DNA from: Capsulimonadaceae bacterium
GTDB lineage: Bacteria > Armatimonadota > Armatimonadia > Armatimonadales > Capsulimonadaceae
DNA: 64,000 nt
Assembly (NCBI GenBank): GCA_965215505.1
Contig: OZ244065.1
Span: 4,000,001-4,064,000 of the forward strand
Direction of reading: 5' to 3'
The notes under the pieces were generated by a model, which had not been told where the DNA came from, searched no databases, and saw only the letters and a list, made by a program, of their open reading frames with translations. The position numbers were made by a program, and so were the translations under genes. Below, piece after piece: positions 18,692 through 27,632 of the stretch (position 1 is the stretch's first letter; the number at the start of each line of letters is the position of its first letter).

Positions 18692-20881
18692 ATGTGGCAG
18701 CGTTTCAACGCGCAGGCGCGCAGGGTCGTTTCTAACGCCCAACAGGAGGCCGCGCGATCCGGTGTCGCCGTCACCGCCGAACACCTGCTGATGGCCTTGC
18801 TTCGGGAGAACGGTTCGCTAGCCGCCCGCATTCTTGACCGGCTCGCCGTGGACCGGGCGGCGCTGCAAGCCGAGGTAGACCGGCAGTTTCGTGCGCCCGC
18901 GCCCGAGGCGCTTGTCGCCCCGGCATCGCCCGAGTCCTTCTCGCCGGGTGCGAAGAAGGCCATTGACCTCTGCTATGAAGAGGCACACGGCCTGCGCGAC
19001 AACTCCATCGGAACGGAACACCTCCTGCTCGGCCTCCTCCGGGATCAGGAGGGGCCGGCCGGACGCACCCTGACACAGTTCGGCGTCACGAACAAGCGGG
19101 TGCGCGCCGAGATCGCCGGGCTGCGGGGCGATGGTCTACAAGCCGGCCCGAGGGGGCTGTGGGACCGCGTCCCCGAATCGAAACCCTGGTTTTGGGGAGC
19201 CGGGGGAGCGCCCGAACAGACACTGTCCGCTCGAAAGGAGCAACCCGCCATGTGGCAGCGATTCACCGAACGCGCGCGAAAAGTCGTCTTTTACGCCCAG
19301 GAAGAAGCCGGGCGGCTGGGCGAAAACTACGTCTCCACCGAACACCTGCTGCTCGGCCTGGTCCGGGAGAATGACACCGTGGCCGCCCGCATCCTGGACC
19401 GGCTCGGCATCAGCCTGGGCCGCGTCCGGTCCGAGATCGAGCGGCAGGTGGCGCACGGCCAGGGACGGCTGGGCCAGGACATGCAGCTCACGCCGCGCGC
19501 AAAGCGCGTGATAGACCTCGCCTATGATGAGGCGCGGAACCTCGACAACAACTACATCGGGACCGAACACCTCCTGCTGGGATTAATCCGTGAGGGCGAG
19601 GGCCTGGCGGGCAAGGTGCTGGCGATGCTTGGCGTTGACCTCGACCGCACCCGGCACGAGGTCGCCGAGTTGCAGCAGGGAAAAGCTAAGGATAAGGCCG
19701 GCGATGATTCTGCCCCCGCTGCGGTGCCGGAAACCGCGCTGGGCGAGTTCAAGGCCCTGCGCGAGTTCAAGAAGGCCATGATCTCGTTCGTCGCCGACTA
19801 CAACCCCCGGCCTCCGAGGGAGACCGGGCCGCAGGCCGGCGAAACCGGTACATCGGCGGAACCGGCGGCGAAACAGCCGCCCGCGCCCGGCAGCCCGTCC
19901 CAGCGCATGGCCCCGCCCCGAGGCCGGTCGGCCCTTGCCGACGTTCTGGAAGAGCCGCGCCTGCGTCGCCGGGACATCTTGGGCATTGAGACACTGACCC
20001 AGGAGGAGATCCTGCTGATCCTGGATGTCGCCGCGCGCCTCAAAGCCAACAAGTTTGACGCGACCCAGACGCAGTTCGCCAAGGGGCAGACGTTGGCGAT
20101 GCTTTTCGAAAAGCCGTCGCTGCGGACCCGCGTCACCTTTGAGGCGGGTATGACCCAGCTCGGCGGTCACGCCATCTATCTGGAGGGCAAGCTGGGCGTC
20201 CGCGAAACCGTTCCGGACGTCGCCCGCAACCTGGACCGCTGGATAGACGGCATCATGGCCCGGACCTTTGACCATCAGGCCGTGCTGGACCTGGCCGAAT
20301 ATGCCGGCATCCCGGTCATCAACGGCCTGTCCGACCGCGAACACCCCTGCCAGGCGTTCGCCGATTTCCAGACGCTGGCCGAGCGCGGGGGCGGGCTGCA
20401 CAGCCTGGCCGGGCAGACCCTCGCCTACGTCGGGGACGGCAACAATGTCGCCCACTCCTTGATGCTGCTGGCCGCCAAGGTCGGCACCGATTTCCGCCTG
20501 ACCTGCCCCGAGGGCTATGACCCCAACCCCGAGCTGTGGCAGGCGGCGCTCGGGTTCGCCGCCGAAACCGGGGCCGTCCTCACCCTGACCCACGACCCCG
20601 TCGAGGCCGTCCGGGACGCCGACGCCGTCTACACCGACGTCTGGGCCTCAATGGGCCAGGAGGAGGAGGCCGCCGCCCGCGCCCTCATCTTCGCCCCGTT
20701 CCAGGTCAACGCCGCCCTGATGGCGCACGCCAAGCCCGGCGCTCTGGTGATGCACTGCCTGCCCGCCCACCGGGGCGAGGAGATCAGCGCCGAGGTCCTG
20801 GACGGCCCGCAGTCGGTCGTGTTCGACCAGGCCGAGAACCGCCTGCACGCGCAGAAGGCGATATTGAGCCTGGTGCTGTGA
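18692..20881 (+). CDS. argF: ornithine carbamoyltransferase with two N-terminal Clp-repeat (ClpC NTD-like) domains
   Basis: two MWQRF...EHLL...GTEHLLLG domains, a Pro/Ala linker, then OTCase motifs KPSLRTR, HPCQ, GDGNNV, WASMG, HCLP, AENRLH in one frame. Confidence 0.93.
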   Translation: MWQRFNAQARRVVSNAQQEAARSGVAVTAEHLLMALLRENGSLAARILDRLAVDRAALQAEVDRQFRAPAPEALVAPASPESFSPGAKKAIDLCYEEAHGLRDNSIGTEHLLLGLLRDQEGPAGRTLTQFGVTNKRVRAEIAGLRGDGLQAGPRGLWDRVPESKPWFWGAGGAPEQTLSARKEQPAMWQRFTERARKVVFYAQEEAGRLGENYVSTEHLLLGLVRENDTVAARILDRLGISLGRVRSEIERQVAHGQGRLGQDMQLTPRAKRVIDLAYDEARNLDNNYIGTEHLLLGLIREGEGLAGKVLAMLGVDLDRTRHEVAELQQGKAKDKAGDDSAPAAVPETALGEFKALREFKKAMISFVADYNPRPPRETGPQAGETGTSAEPAAKQPPAPGSPSQRMAPPRGRSALADVLEEPRLRRRDILGIETLTQEEILLILDVAARLKANKFDATQTQFAKGQTLAMLFEKPSLRTRVTFEAGMTQLGGHAIYLEGKLGVRETVPDVARNLDRWIDGIMARTFDHQAVLDLAEYAGIPVINGLSDREHPCQAFADFQTLAERGGGLHSLAGQTLAYVGDGNNVAHSLMLLAAKVGTDFRLTCPEGYDPNPELWQAALGFAAETGAVLTLTHDPVEAVRDADAVYTDVWASMGQEEEAAARALIFAPFQVNAALMAHAKPGALVMHCLPAHRGEEISAEVLDGPQSVVFDQAENRLHAQKAILSLVL

Positions 20882-20916
20882 GGCTGGAAGGGCATGAGGG
20901 CGTTCTCCGTGTGCGT

Positions 20917-21030
20917 GTGGTGTCGGGGGCGCGGCGTGGTGTCGGGGGCGCGGCGTGGTGTCGGGGGCGCGGCGTGGTGTCGGGGGCGCGGCGTGGTGTC
21001 GGGGGCGCGGCGTGGTGTCGGGGGCGCGGT
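20917..21030. repeat. 19-bp tandem repeat x6 (GTGGTGTCGGGGGCGCGGC)
   Basis: direct head-to-tail copies with no spacers. Confidence 0.95.
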
Positions 21031-21760
21031 CAGGCCCAGCGGGTCGTCCCCCGGATTGAAATCCGGGTCTTCGGTAAAGCGGTTGTCCACCTGCGTGGAC
21101 ATAAGATTAGCTCAGGGGACTGTTCCTCTGTCCGCGTAGGCGGACATTCGCACTACTAAAGACCCGGATTTCAATCCGGGGGACGATGCGCCGGGCCTGA
21201 CCGCCGGGCCTGACCGCGCCGCCAAGAACAACTCGCCACGGAGGGCGCTGGACGGACTACTAAGGAGGGTGCGATGGCACACAACTACACTCGGCTGTTC
21301 TATCACTTCGTCTGGGCCACCTGGGACCGGACGCCGCTGCTGACCGGGGAGGTCGAGGCGAGGGCTTATGCGCTGATCCGCCATCAATGCGCGGAGCAGG
21401 TCTGCAAGGTCCATGCGCTCGGCGGCGTCGAGGACCATGTGCATCTGTTGGTGAGTCTGCCGACGACGCTCAATGTCGCCGACTTTATCAAGTCCGTCAA
21501 AGGTCCCTCGTCGCGGGCGCTCAATGAGAGCTTCGGGCGGCCCACATGGAGCTTCAAGTGGCAAGGCCGCTACGGTGTTATCACCGTCTGCCCGTCGCAT
21601 GTCGGCCTGATCCGTGGCTATGTCGAGGGCCAGAAACAGCACCACTCCGAGGGCGGCCTTTGGGCCTCCTGCGAGAAAACGGAAACCGAGGAGGGATAAA
21701 CTCCCTTGTCCGCGCAGGCGGACACTCGCTTTACTAAAGACCCGGATTTCAATCCGGGGT
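21024..21760. mobile_element. IS200/REP-associated HUH transposase locus with three REP-like units
   Basis: CCCGGATTGAAATCCGGG hairpin plus GTCC-N-GGAC hairpin units at ~21049-21100, 21130-21182 (inverted pair) and 21708-21760. Confidence 0.8.
21274..21699 (+). CDS. tnpA: Y1 HUH transposase (IS200/IS605 TnpA or RAYT-like)
   Basis: LFYHFVWAT, EDHVHLLV (HuH), WQGRYG, YVEGQKQHH; AAGGAGG RBS. Confidence 0.92.
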   Translation: MAHNYTRLFYHFVWATWDRTPLLTGEVEARAYALIRHQCAEQVCKVHALGGVEDHVHLLVSLPTTLNVADFIKSVKGPSSRALNESFGRPTWSFKWQGRYGVITVCPSHVGLIRGYVEGQKQHHSEGGLWASCEKTETEEG

Positions 21761-21785
21761 AATCTGACAAAGGAACCAACCCATC

Positions 21786-22985
21786 ATGCCTAAAACAGTC
21801 GTCCTCGTCTACTCCGGCGGCCTCGACACCTCCGTCGCCATCCCCATGATGCGCGAAGACTACGGCTTCGAGCGCATCGTCACCGTCACCGTGGACGTCG
21901 GCCAGCCCGCCGAAGACGTCAGGAGCGCCGAGGACCGTGCCCGCGCCATGGGGACCGAACACTACACCGCCGATGCCAAGAAAGAGTTCGTCGAGGAATA
22001 CTGCTGGCCCGCCGTCCGCGCCAACGGCGACTACCAGGGCTACCCGCTGTCCACCGCCATCGCCCGGCCCCTGATAGGGCTGAAGGCCGTCGAGGTCGCT
22101 CGGCAGGTCGGCGCGGACGCCTTCTGCCACGGCTGCACCGGCAAGGGCAACGACCAGTTCCGCATCGAGTACGTCATGCGCGCCTTGATGCCCGACACGC
22201 CCATCATCGCCCCGATGCGTGAACACAACTACACGCGGACCGAGGAGATCGAGTACGCCCACCGGAAGGGCATCCCCATCTCGGTGAGCGCCGACAAGAT
22301 CTGGTCCATTGACGAGAACCTGTGGGGCCGCTCCATCGAGGGCGGGCACCTGGAAGAGCCGAACTACGCCCCGCCGGAGGAGATCTTCCAGTGGACCAAG
22401 GGCATCGAGGCCGCGAACCCCGGCCCGCAGATGCTCACCATCGGCTTTGAAAACGGCATCCCCGTCTCGCTCGACGGTGAGGCGATGGACGGGCTTTCCC
22501 TCGTGACTCGCTTGAACAAGATCGCCGGCGACAACGGGGTGGGGCGCGTGGACATCATGGAGGATCGCCTGCTGGGCCTCAAAGTCCGCGAGAACTACGA
22601 GTGCCCCGCCTCCACCGTCCTGATTAAAGCGCATAACGCTTTGGAGTCCCTGGTCGCGACGGCCGCCGAGCGCAAGTTCAAGCTAATGGTGGACCAGCAG
22701 TGGGGCGAACTGGCCTACTACGGCCTGTGGTTCGACCCGCTGAAAGAGGACCTGGAAGCCTTCATCGGCAAGGTCCAGGAGCGGGTGACGGGGACAGTCA
22801 CCCTGCGCCTGTTCAAGAGCAGCCTGACCGTCGTGGGCCGCGCGTCGGAGTGGGCCTTGTACAACGAGGACCTGGCCTCCTTCGACTCCAAGACCTTCGA
22901 CCAAAGCCTCTCGGTCGGCAACGTCCAGACCCACGGGATGCAGTCGCGGATGTACTGGGCCTTGAAGGAGAAGCACGGCAAGTAG
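21786..22985 (+). CDS. argG: argininosuccinate synthase
   Basis: YSGGLDTS, ARPLI, HGCTGKGNDQ, SIDENLWGRSIEGG. Confidence 0.97.
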   Translation: MPKTVVLVYSGGLDTSVAIPMMREDYGFERIVTVTVDVGQPAEDVRSAEDRARAMGTEHYTADAKKEFVEEYCWPAVRANGDYQGYPLSTAIARPLIGLKAVEVARQVGADAFCHGCTGKGNDQFRIEYVMRALMPDTPIIAPMREHNYTRTEEIEYAHRKGIPISVSADKIWSIDENLWGRSIEGGHLEEPNYAPPEEIFQWTKGIEAANPGPQMLTIGFENGIPVSLDGEAMDGLSLVTRLNKIAGDNGVGRVDIMEDRLLGLKVRENYECPASTVLIKAHNALESLVATAAERKFKLMVDQQWGELAYYGLWFDPLKEDLEAFIGKVQERVTGTVTLRLFKSSLTVVGRASEWALYNEDLASFDSKTFDQSLSVGNVQTHGMQSRMYWALKEKHGK

Positions 22986-23003
22986 GCGGCGCGGCACAAA
23001 CCC

Positions 23004-23390
23004 ATGACCATCCCGTGGCTCGTTCACTCCCTGTTCCAGAACGTGTTCCAGAACGTGTTCCAGCTCGTGCTGCTGGCGCTGGGCGTTGCCATCTCCCTGA
23101 GCGGCCTGCTGTTCCTGCTGAGTGCCCTGGGCGGGGGAAAGCGGGTGTCGGTTGGGGGAAGCGTCCTGGGGATCGTGAGTGGCGCGCTGTGGGCGGCCAC
23201 GGCATTGCTGGAGAGTGACCCCCGGCGGCATCATCTGGGGGCCGTCCTGCTGGACGCCGGGATGCTGCCCCTCATGCTCTACGCCGCACAGCTTACGCGG
23301 CGGCGCAAGGCAGACGTGCCGGGGCAGATGCCCTCTCCCGACACGGTCTGGCCCCCGCCGCCGACCCCGCGCGGGGACACAGCCCCATGA
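23004..23390 (+). CDS. small membrane protein with C-terminal VWPPPP motif
   Basis: three hydrophobic segments, basic stretch, DTVWPPPPTP. Confidence 0.7.
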   Translation: MTIPWLVHSLFQNVFQNVFQLVLLALGVAISLSGLLFLLSALGGGKRVSVGGSVLGIVSGALWAATALLESDPRRHHLGAVLLDAGMLPLMLYAAQLTRRRKADVPGQMPSPDTVWPPPPTPRGDTAP

Positions 23391-23782
23391 CACTGCACTG
23401 GCTGACTCAGGTGTTCCAATGGCTGAGACAGTACCCGCCCTCGTCCCTGCTCTGCATCATAGGCGGCTGTCTTAGCCTCATAGGCAGCGGCGCTCGGGTG
23501 CTGTCAACCCTGGACAAACAGACCACCGCCGAGGCGTCGGCCCATGCCGCCGGGATGGTATTTGGTGCCGGCCTTGCTGGGAGTCATGCCTTGCGGGTGA
23601 TACCCCAATGTAAGCCTTTGGCTGATGTCCTGGGGGACCTCGGCGCGATCTCGGGGATCATCTATCCGTTCCTGCTGCTGAACAACAGGAAAAAGAAACT
23701 CGCCGATCCGCAGGCACAGGCTCAACCCGCCGCGCTCTCGGCTGAGATCTGGCCCCCGCCGCCGACTGCGCCGGGCGGCTAA
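23387..23782 (+). CDS. small membrane protein with C-terminal IWPPPP motif
   Basis: same architecture as the upstream gene; ATGA overlap. Confidence 0.7.
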   Translation: MTLHWLTQVFQWLRQYPPSSLLCIIGGCLSLIGSGARVLSTLDKQTTAEASAHAAGMVFGAGLAGSHALRVIPQCKPLADVLGDLGAISGIIYPFLLLNNRKKKLADPQAQAQPAALSAEIWPPPPTAPGG

Positions 23783-24177
23783 CGCTGGTAGGGCTGCTCT
23801 ATGATGAGGCCAGGGACGGCGCGGAAGTGTTTGACGTTGAAGGTGCAGAGTGGGGCATTAAGGCTGAGGGCGGTGGCAGCAATGAGGGCGTCAACCAAGC
23901 CCAAATTGTGCGAGAGGTGCAGGAGCCGAAAGTTTTTGACCGCCTGCAAGCACTCGGCATCTGTGGGCCAGATGAGGGGGAGAAACCTGGTGAGCCTATC
24001 AACAGCGATTATGTGCTGTCGGTTCTGCGCGCTCTGGTAGAGTTCCATGAGGACATGGCCGGGTAGGGCGATACTGCCCGTTGACAGCGAGGCATACCAG
24101 GCGACGGCGGCAGGGTGTCGGCGCTGAACGTCTATCATCACGTCGGCGTCCAGAAGGCGTACCGTTTGCGGTTTCAT
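23779..24177 (-). CDS. vapC: VapC-type PIN toxin
   Basis: LLDADVMID, EL, DALIAATA, TFNVKHF. Confidence 0.88.
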   Translation of the reverse strand: MKPQTVRLLDADVMIDVQRRHPAAVAWYASLSTGSIALPGHVLMELYQSAQNRQHIIAVDRLTRFLPLIWPTDAECLQAVKNFRLLHLSHNLGLVDALIAATALSLNAPLCTFNVKHFRAVPGLIIEQPYQR

Positions 24178-24410
24178 TCCTGGAGGCGTTTCTCAGTCTG
24201 TTCGCGCACCGCGTTGACGTATTCGGTGCTGTCGGCATACTTCTTGCCGGGGCCGATGTCTTTGTATTGCTCGGCCCAAACGTCGAAGCACCCATTCTCT
24301 TCCCAATCGGCCAGCATCTCCGCGCCGCTCATCGTCCCAGGCACGATGCCTTTGACAAACGGGTACTGATCGGCTTCTGAGATTTCAGCCTCTTTGATTT
24401 CTGTATCCAT
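24174..24410 (-). CDS. putative antitoxin
   Basis: small acidic protein, 4-bp overlap upstream of the PIN gene; DSTEYVNAVR tail. Confidence 0.65.
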   Translation of the reverse strand: MDTEIKEAEISEADQYPFVKGIVPGTMSGAEMLADWEENGCFDVWAEQYKDIGPGKKYADSTEYVNAVREQTEKRLQE

Positions 24411-24478
24411 GCGTTGATTATGGCACATCGCCGACGCTTTCACCCATCTTCGTTTTGTTCTCATCTAAGGCGGTCATC

Positions 24479-25903
24479 ATGTCCTCATCCATGTCCTCAT
24501 CAGCACCCAAACTCTGGGCCGGGCGGTTTGCCCAGGAAACCGACGCGCTCGTGCATCAGTTCAACGGCTCCCTGCGCTTCGACCGGCGGCTGTGGCCGTA
24601 TGACATCCAGGGCAGCATCGCGCATGTGAAAATGCTCGGGGAGTGCGGAATAATCGCAGGAGAGGACGCACAGGCGATCGCGGACGGGCTGGAGGCGCTA
24701 GCCGCCGACCTGCACTCTGGGACCGCCGCCCTGGACCCGGACGCCGAGGACGTACACATGGCGGTCGAGACGCTGCTGACGGCCCGGCTGGGGCCGGCGG
24801 CGGGGAAGCTGCACACGGCCAGGTCGCGCAACGACCAGGTGGCGACCGACCTGCGGCTGTATGTCCGGGAGGCGATCAACGGGCTGAGGGGGCGCATCGC
24901 GGGCGTGCAGACTACTCTTGTAGGGCAAGCGGGAAAGCATTTAGACACATTGCTGCCGGGCATGACGCACTTGCAGCACGCGCAGCCGGTCCGGCTGGCC
25001 CACCACCTGCTGGCCTACTTCTGGATGCTGGCGCGCGACGACGAACGATTGGCCGAGGCGCGGGTCCGGGTGAACATCCTGCCGCTGGGGGCGGGCGCGC
25101 TGGCGGGGACGACGTTCCCGATCAACCGGCAGCGGGTCGCGGACCTGTTGGGCTTCGGGGGAGTGGCCGATAACAGCCTGGACGCCGTTTCGGACCGGGA
25201 CTTTGCCATCGAGACGGTTTCGGCGCTGGCGCTCGTGATGATGCACCTGTCGCGACTGTGCGAGGAATTGATCCTGTGGAACTCGCCCGAGTTCGGCTGG
25301 GTCGAGATGGGCGACAACGTCACCACGGGCAGCTCGATCATGCCGCAGAAGAAGAATCCGGACGTGGCGGAACTCGTGCGCGGCAAGGCCGGGCGCGTCT
25401 ACGGGGATCTGTTGAGCCTGCTGACGGTGATGAAAGGCCTGCCGCTCGCGTATAACAAGGACATGCAGGAGGACAAGGAGGCCCTGTTCGACGCCCTGGA
25501 CACCGCCCACGTCTGCCTGACGGTGATGGACACGCTGCTGGTCAACACGACGTTCCGGGCGGAGCGCATGGCCGCCGCCCTGCGCGGCGACTTTTCGACG
25601 GCGACGGACCTCGCCGACCATCTGGTCCGGCAGGGCCTGCCCTTCCGGCAGGCGCATGAGGTGATCGGGAAGATCGTCGGCGACTGCGTCCGGACCGGGC
25701 GCGTCCTGGAAGATTTGACGAGGGACGACCTCCTCGCCGCCTCCGCGCTGTTCGCGGGCGCGGACCCGGCCGCGCTGGTCAGCCCGCGCGGCAGCGCCGA
25801 CGCTCGCGATGCTTACGGCGGGACCGGGCGCGGGGCGGTCGAGGCGCAGCTCGAGCGCGCCCGGCGGCATCTGGCCGCGAAAGGCGGCACAGGGGCCGCC
25901 TAG
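24479..25903 (+). CDS. argH: argininosuccinate lyase
   Basis: LWAGRF, HTARSRNDQ, THLQHAQP, GSSIMPQKKNPD, YNKDMQEDKE. Confidence 0.97.
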   Translation: MSSSMSSSAPKLWAGRFAQETDALVHQFNGSLRFDRRLWPYDIQGSIAHVKMLGECGIIAGEDAQAIADGLEALAADLHSGTAALDPDAEDVHMAVETLLTARLGPAAGKLHTARSRNDQVATDLRLYVREAINGLRGRIAGVQTTLVGQAGKHLDTLLPGMTHLQHAQPVRLAHHLLAYFWMLARDDERLAEARVRVNILPLGAGALAGTTFPINRQRVADLLGFGGVADNSLDAVSDRDFAIETVSALALVMMHLSRLCEELILWNSPEFGWVEMGDNVTTGSSIMPQKKNPDVAELVRGKAGRVYGDLLSLLTVMKGLPLAYNKDMQEDKEALFDALDTAHVCLTVMDTLLVNTTFRAERMAAALRGDFSTATDLADHLVRQGLPFRQAHEVIGKIVGDCVRTGRVLEDLTRDDLLAASALFAGADPAALVSPRGSADARDAYGGTGRGAVEAQLERARRHLAAKGGTGAA

Positions 25904-25919
25904 AAGATCAGAGAGGCTT

Positions 25920-27566
25920 TTGCAAAAACAGGCAAAAAATCAGGGGCCACAGGGGCGGCAGGGGCCACAAACGCAGGGGCGGCAGAACCGGCGTTATGCC
26001 GTCGCCTTCGGGCTTCTGGCCGCCGCCGTCGGCGTCCTGGCCGGCGGGCCTGCCCTGCCCATGGTGGCCCTGGGCGCGACCTTCGCCGCCCTCTACCTGA
26101 CCGCCGAGCGCTGGGGCTGGCTGCTGGCCTCGCCGGACGGCGGGCGGGGGCGCGACTGCGCCGTCACGGCTGTCTTCGCCGCGCTCGCCGTGCTGTTCGT
26201 CACCCTCACCGGCGGCCTGCGCTCGCCGATGCCCTGCACGCTGTACCTGCCGGTCCTGCTGGCCTCGCTCTGCTACGGCATGCGCCTGGGCCTTGCGACG
26301 AGCGCGTTCATGGTGGGCGTCGCCGCCGTGCTGGCGATGAACGGCTCCCCGCCCCACGCCGCCCCGTCCCTCCGGGCGATCGCCATCGGGCTGAGTTTCC
26401 CGGTCGTCGCCGTGTTCGGCGGCGCGCTGCGGGTGCAGATGGAGGACCGCCTGCGCGCGCTGGACAGCGAGAAAAAGGACCTGTCCGCCCAGCTCGACAT
26501 GTCCCGGATGATGGAGGCCGCCCTGGACCCGGACATGGCCCTGAACCTGCTCCTGCTGAACATCTATGACCACAGCAAGTGCCAGGTCTGCGCGGTCTAC
26601 CTCACCGGGCCGGACCAGAAGACTCTGGACCTGCGCTCGGCCAGCGGCCCGCGCGACCAGGCCCCGCTGCTGCCCACCCTCGCCGTCGAGGACGCCCGCG
26701 CCGAGGGCTGGGCGGTCACCGATGCCGCCTACTTCAATCAGGACGTCCGCGCCTTTTACGCCCCGAACAGATGGGCCTCCTGCGCCCCGGACGACCGGGC
26801 CAGCCCCTCGCGTCTGTTCGAGATAGACCCCGCCGCCGGCTCGTTCGCCTGCCTCCCGCTCGCCGGCCTCGAGGGCCTGCTGGGCATGCTGTATGTCGGC
26901 TACTCGCAGCCGGACGGGCTGACCCCGGAGGGGGTGCAGCGGCTGGAACTGCTCGCTGTCCAGGCCACCTCCCCCCTCCAGCGTGTCCTGGTCCAGTACG
27001 ACTTCCGCTCACTCGCCTACAGCGACCCGATGACCGGCCTGGACAACTTCCGGCGGTTCGAGGCGACGCTGGCCGACGAGTTGACGCGCGCCGAGCGCTA
27101 TGACCGGCCCCTGTCGGTCATCCTGCTCGACATTGACCACTTCAAGTCCTTCAATGACACCCTGGGACACCAGGCCGGGGACGCCCTGCTCGGGCAGCTC
27201 GGCGTGGTCCTGCGGAATTCCTTGCGGAACGTGGACCGGCCCGCCCGCTACGGCGGCGAAGAGTTCGTCATCATCTGCCCCGAGACCGGGCCGGAGAAGG
27301 CCCGCCTGATCGCCGAGCGCATCCGCCGCAACGTCGCCGACACGCCGTTCGTCCTGCCCACCAACGCCGAAGGGCCGGAGGGCCGGCGCGGGGCGGAAAC
27401 GGCACACGTCACGGTCAGCCTCGGCTGCGTCACCTTCCCCGGCGATGCCAAGACCGCCCGTGACCTGGTGAAGAGGGCCGACATCGCCCTCTACGCCGCC
27501 AAAGCGGCCGGCCGCAACGCCGTCCGCGTGTACGCGGAGGGCATGGCGCAGGCGTCGGCGGCTTAG
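25920..27566 (+). CDS. membrane GAF-GGDEF diguanylate cyclase; start uncertain
   Basis: N-terminal TM helices, GAF-like region, DIDHFK, RxxD I-site, YGGEEF. Confidence 0.9.
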   Translation: MQKQAKNQGPQGRQGPQTQGRQNRRYAVAFGLLAAAVGVLAGGPALPMVALGATFAALYLTAERWGWLLASPDGGRGRDCAVTAVFAALAVLFVTLTGGLRSPMPCTLYLPVLLASLCYGMRLGLATSAFMVGVAAVLAMNGSPPHAAPSLRAIAIGLSFPVVAVFGGALRVQMEDRLRALDSEKKDLSAQLDMSRMMEAALDPDMALNLLLLNIYDHSKCQVCAVYLTGPDQKTLDLRSASGPRDQAPLLPTLAVEDARAEGWAVTDAAYFNQDVRAFYAPNRWASCAPDDRASPSRLFEIDPAAGSFACLPLAGLEGLLGMLYVGYSQPDGLTPEGVQRLELLAVQATSPLQRVLVQYDFRSLAYSDPMTGLDNFRRFEATLADELTRAERYDRPLSVILLDIDHFKSFNDTLGHQAGDALLGQLGVVLRNSLRNVDRPARYGGEEFVIICPETGPEKARLIAERIRRNVADTPFVLPTNAEGPEGRRGAETAHVTVSLGCVTFPGDAKTARDLVKRADIALYAAKAAGRNAVRVYAEGMAQASAA

Positions 27567-27632
27567 GAAAGCCGGGCATCTCGGCGAGCGTCTCAGGAGG
27601 AAAACCGGGCGGCGGCGGCGAACCGGCAAGTC

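Noticed and set aside
20917-21030. possible CRISPR array (also 39826, 40597, 41353)
   Set aside because: head-to-tail repeats with no unique spacers and no cas genes
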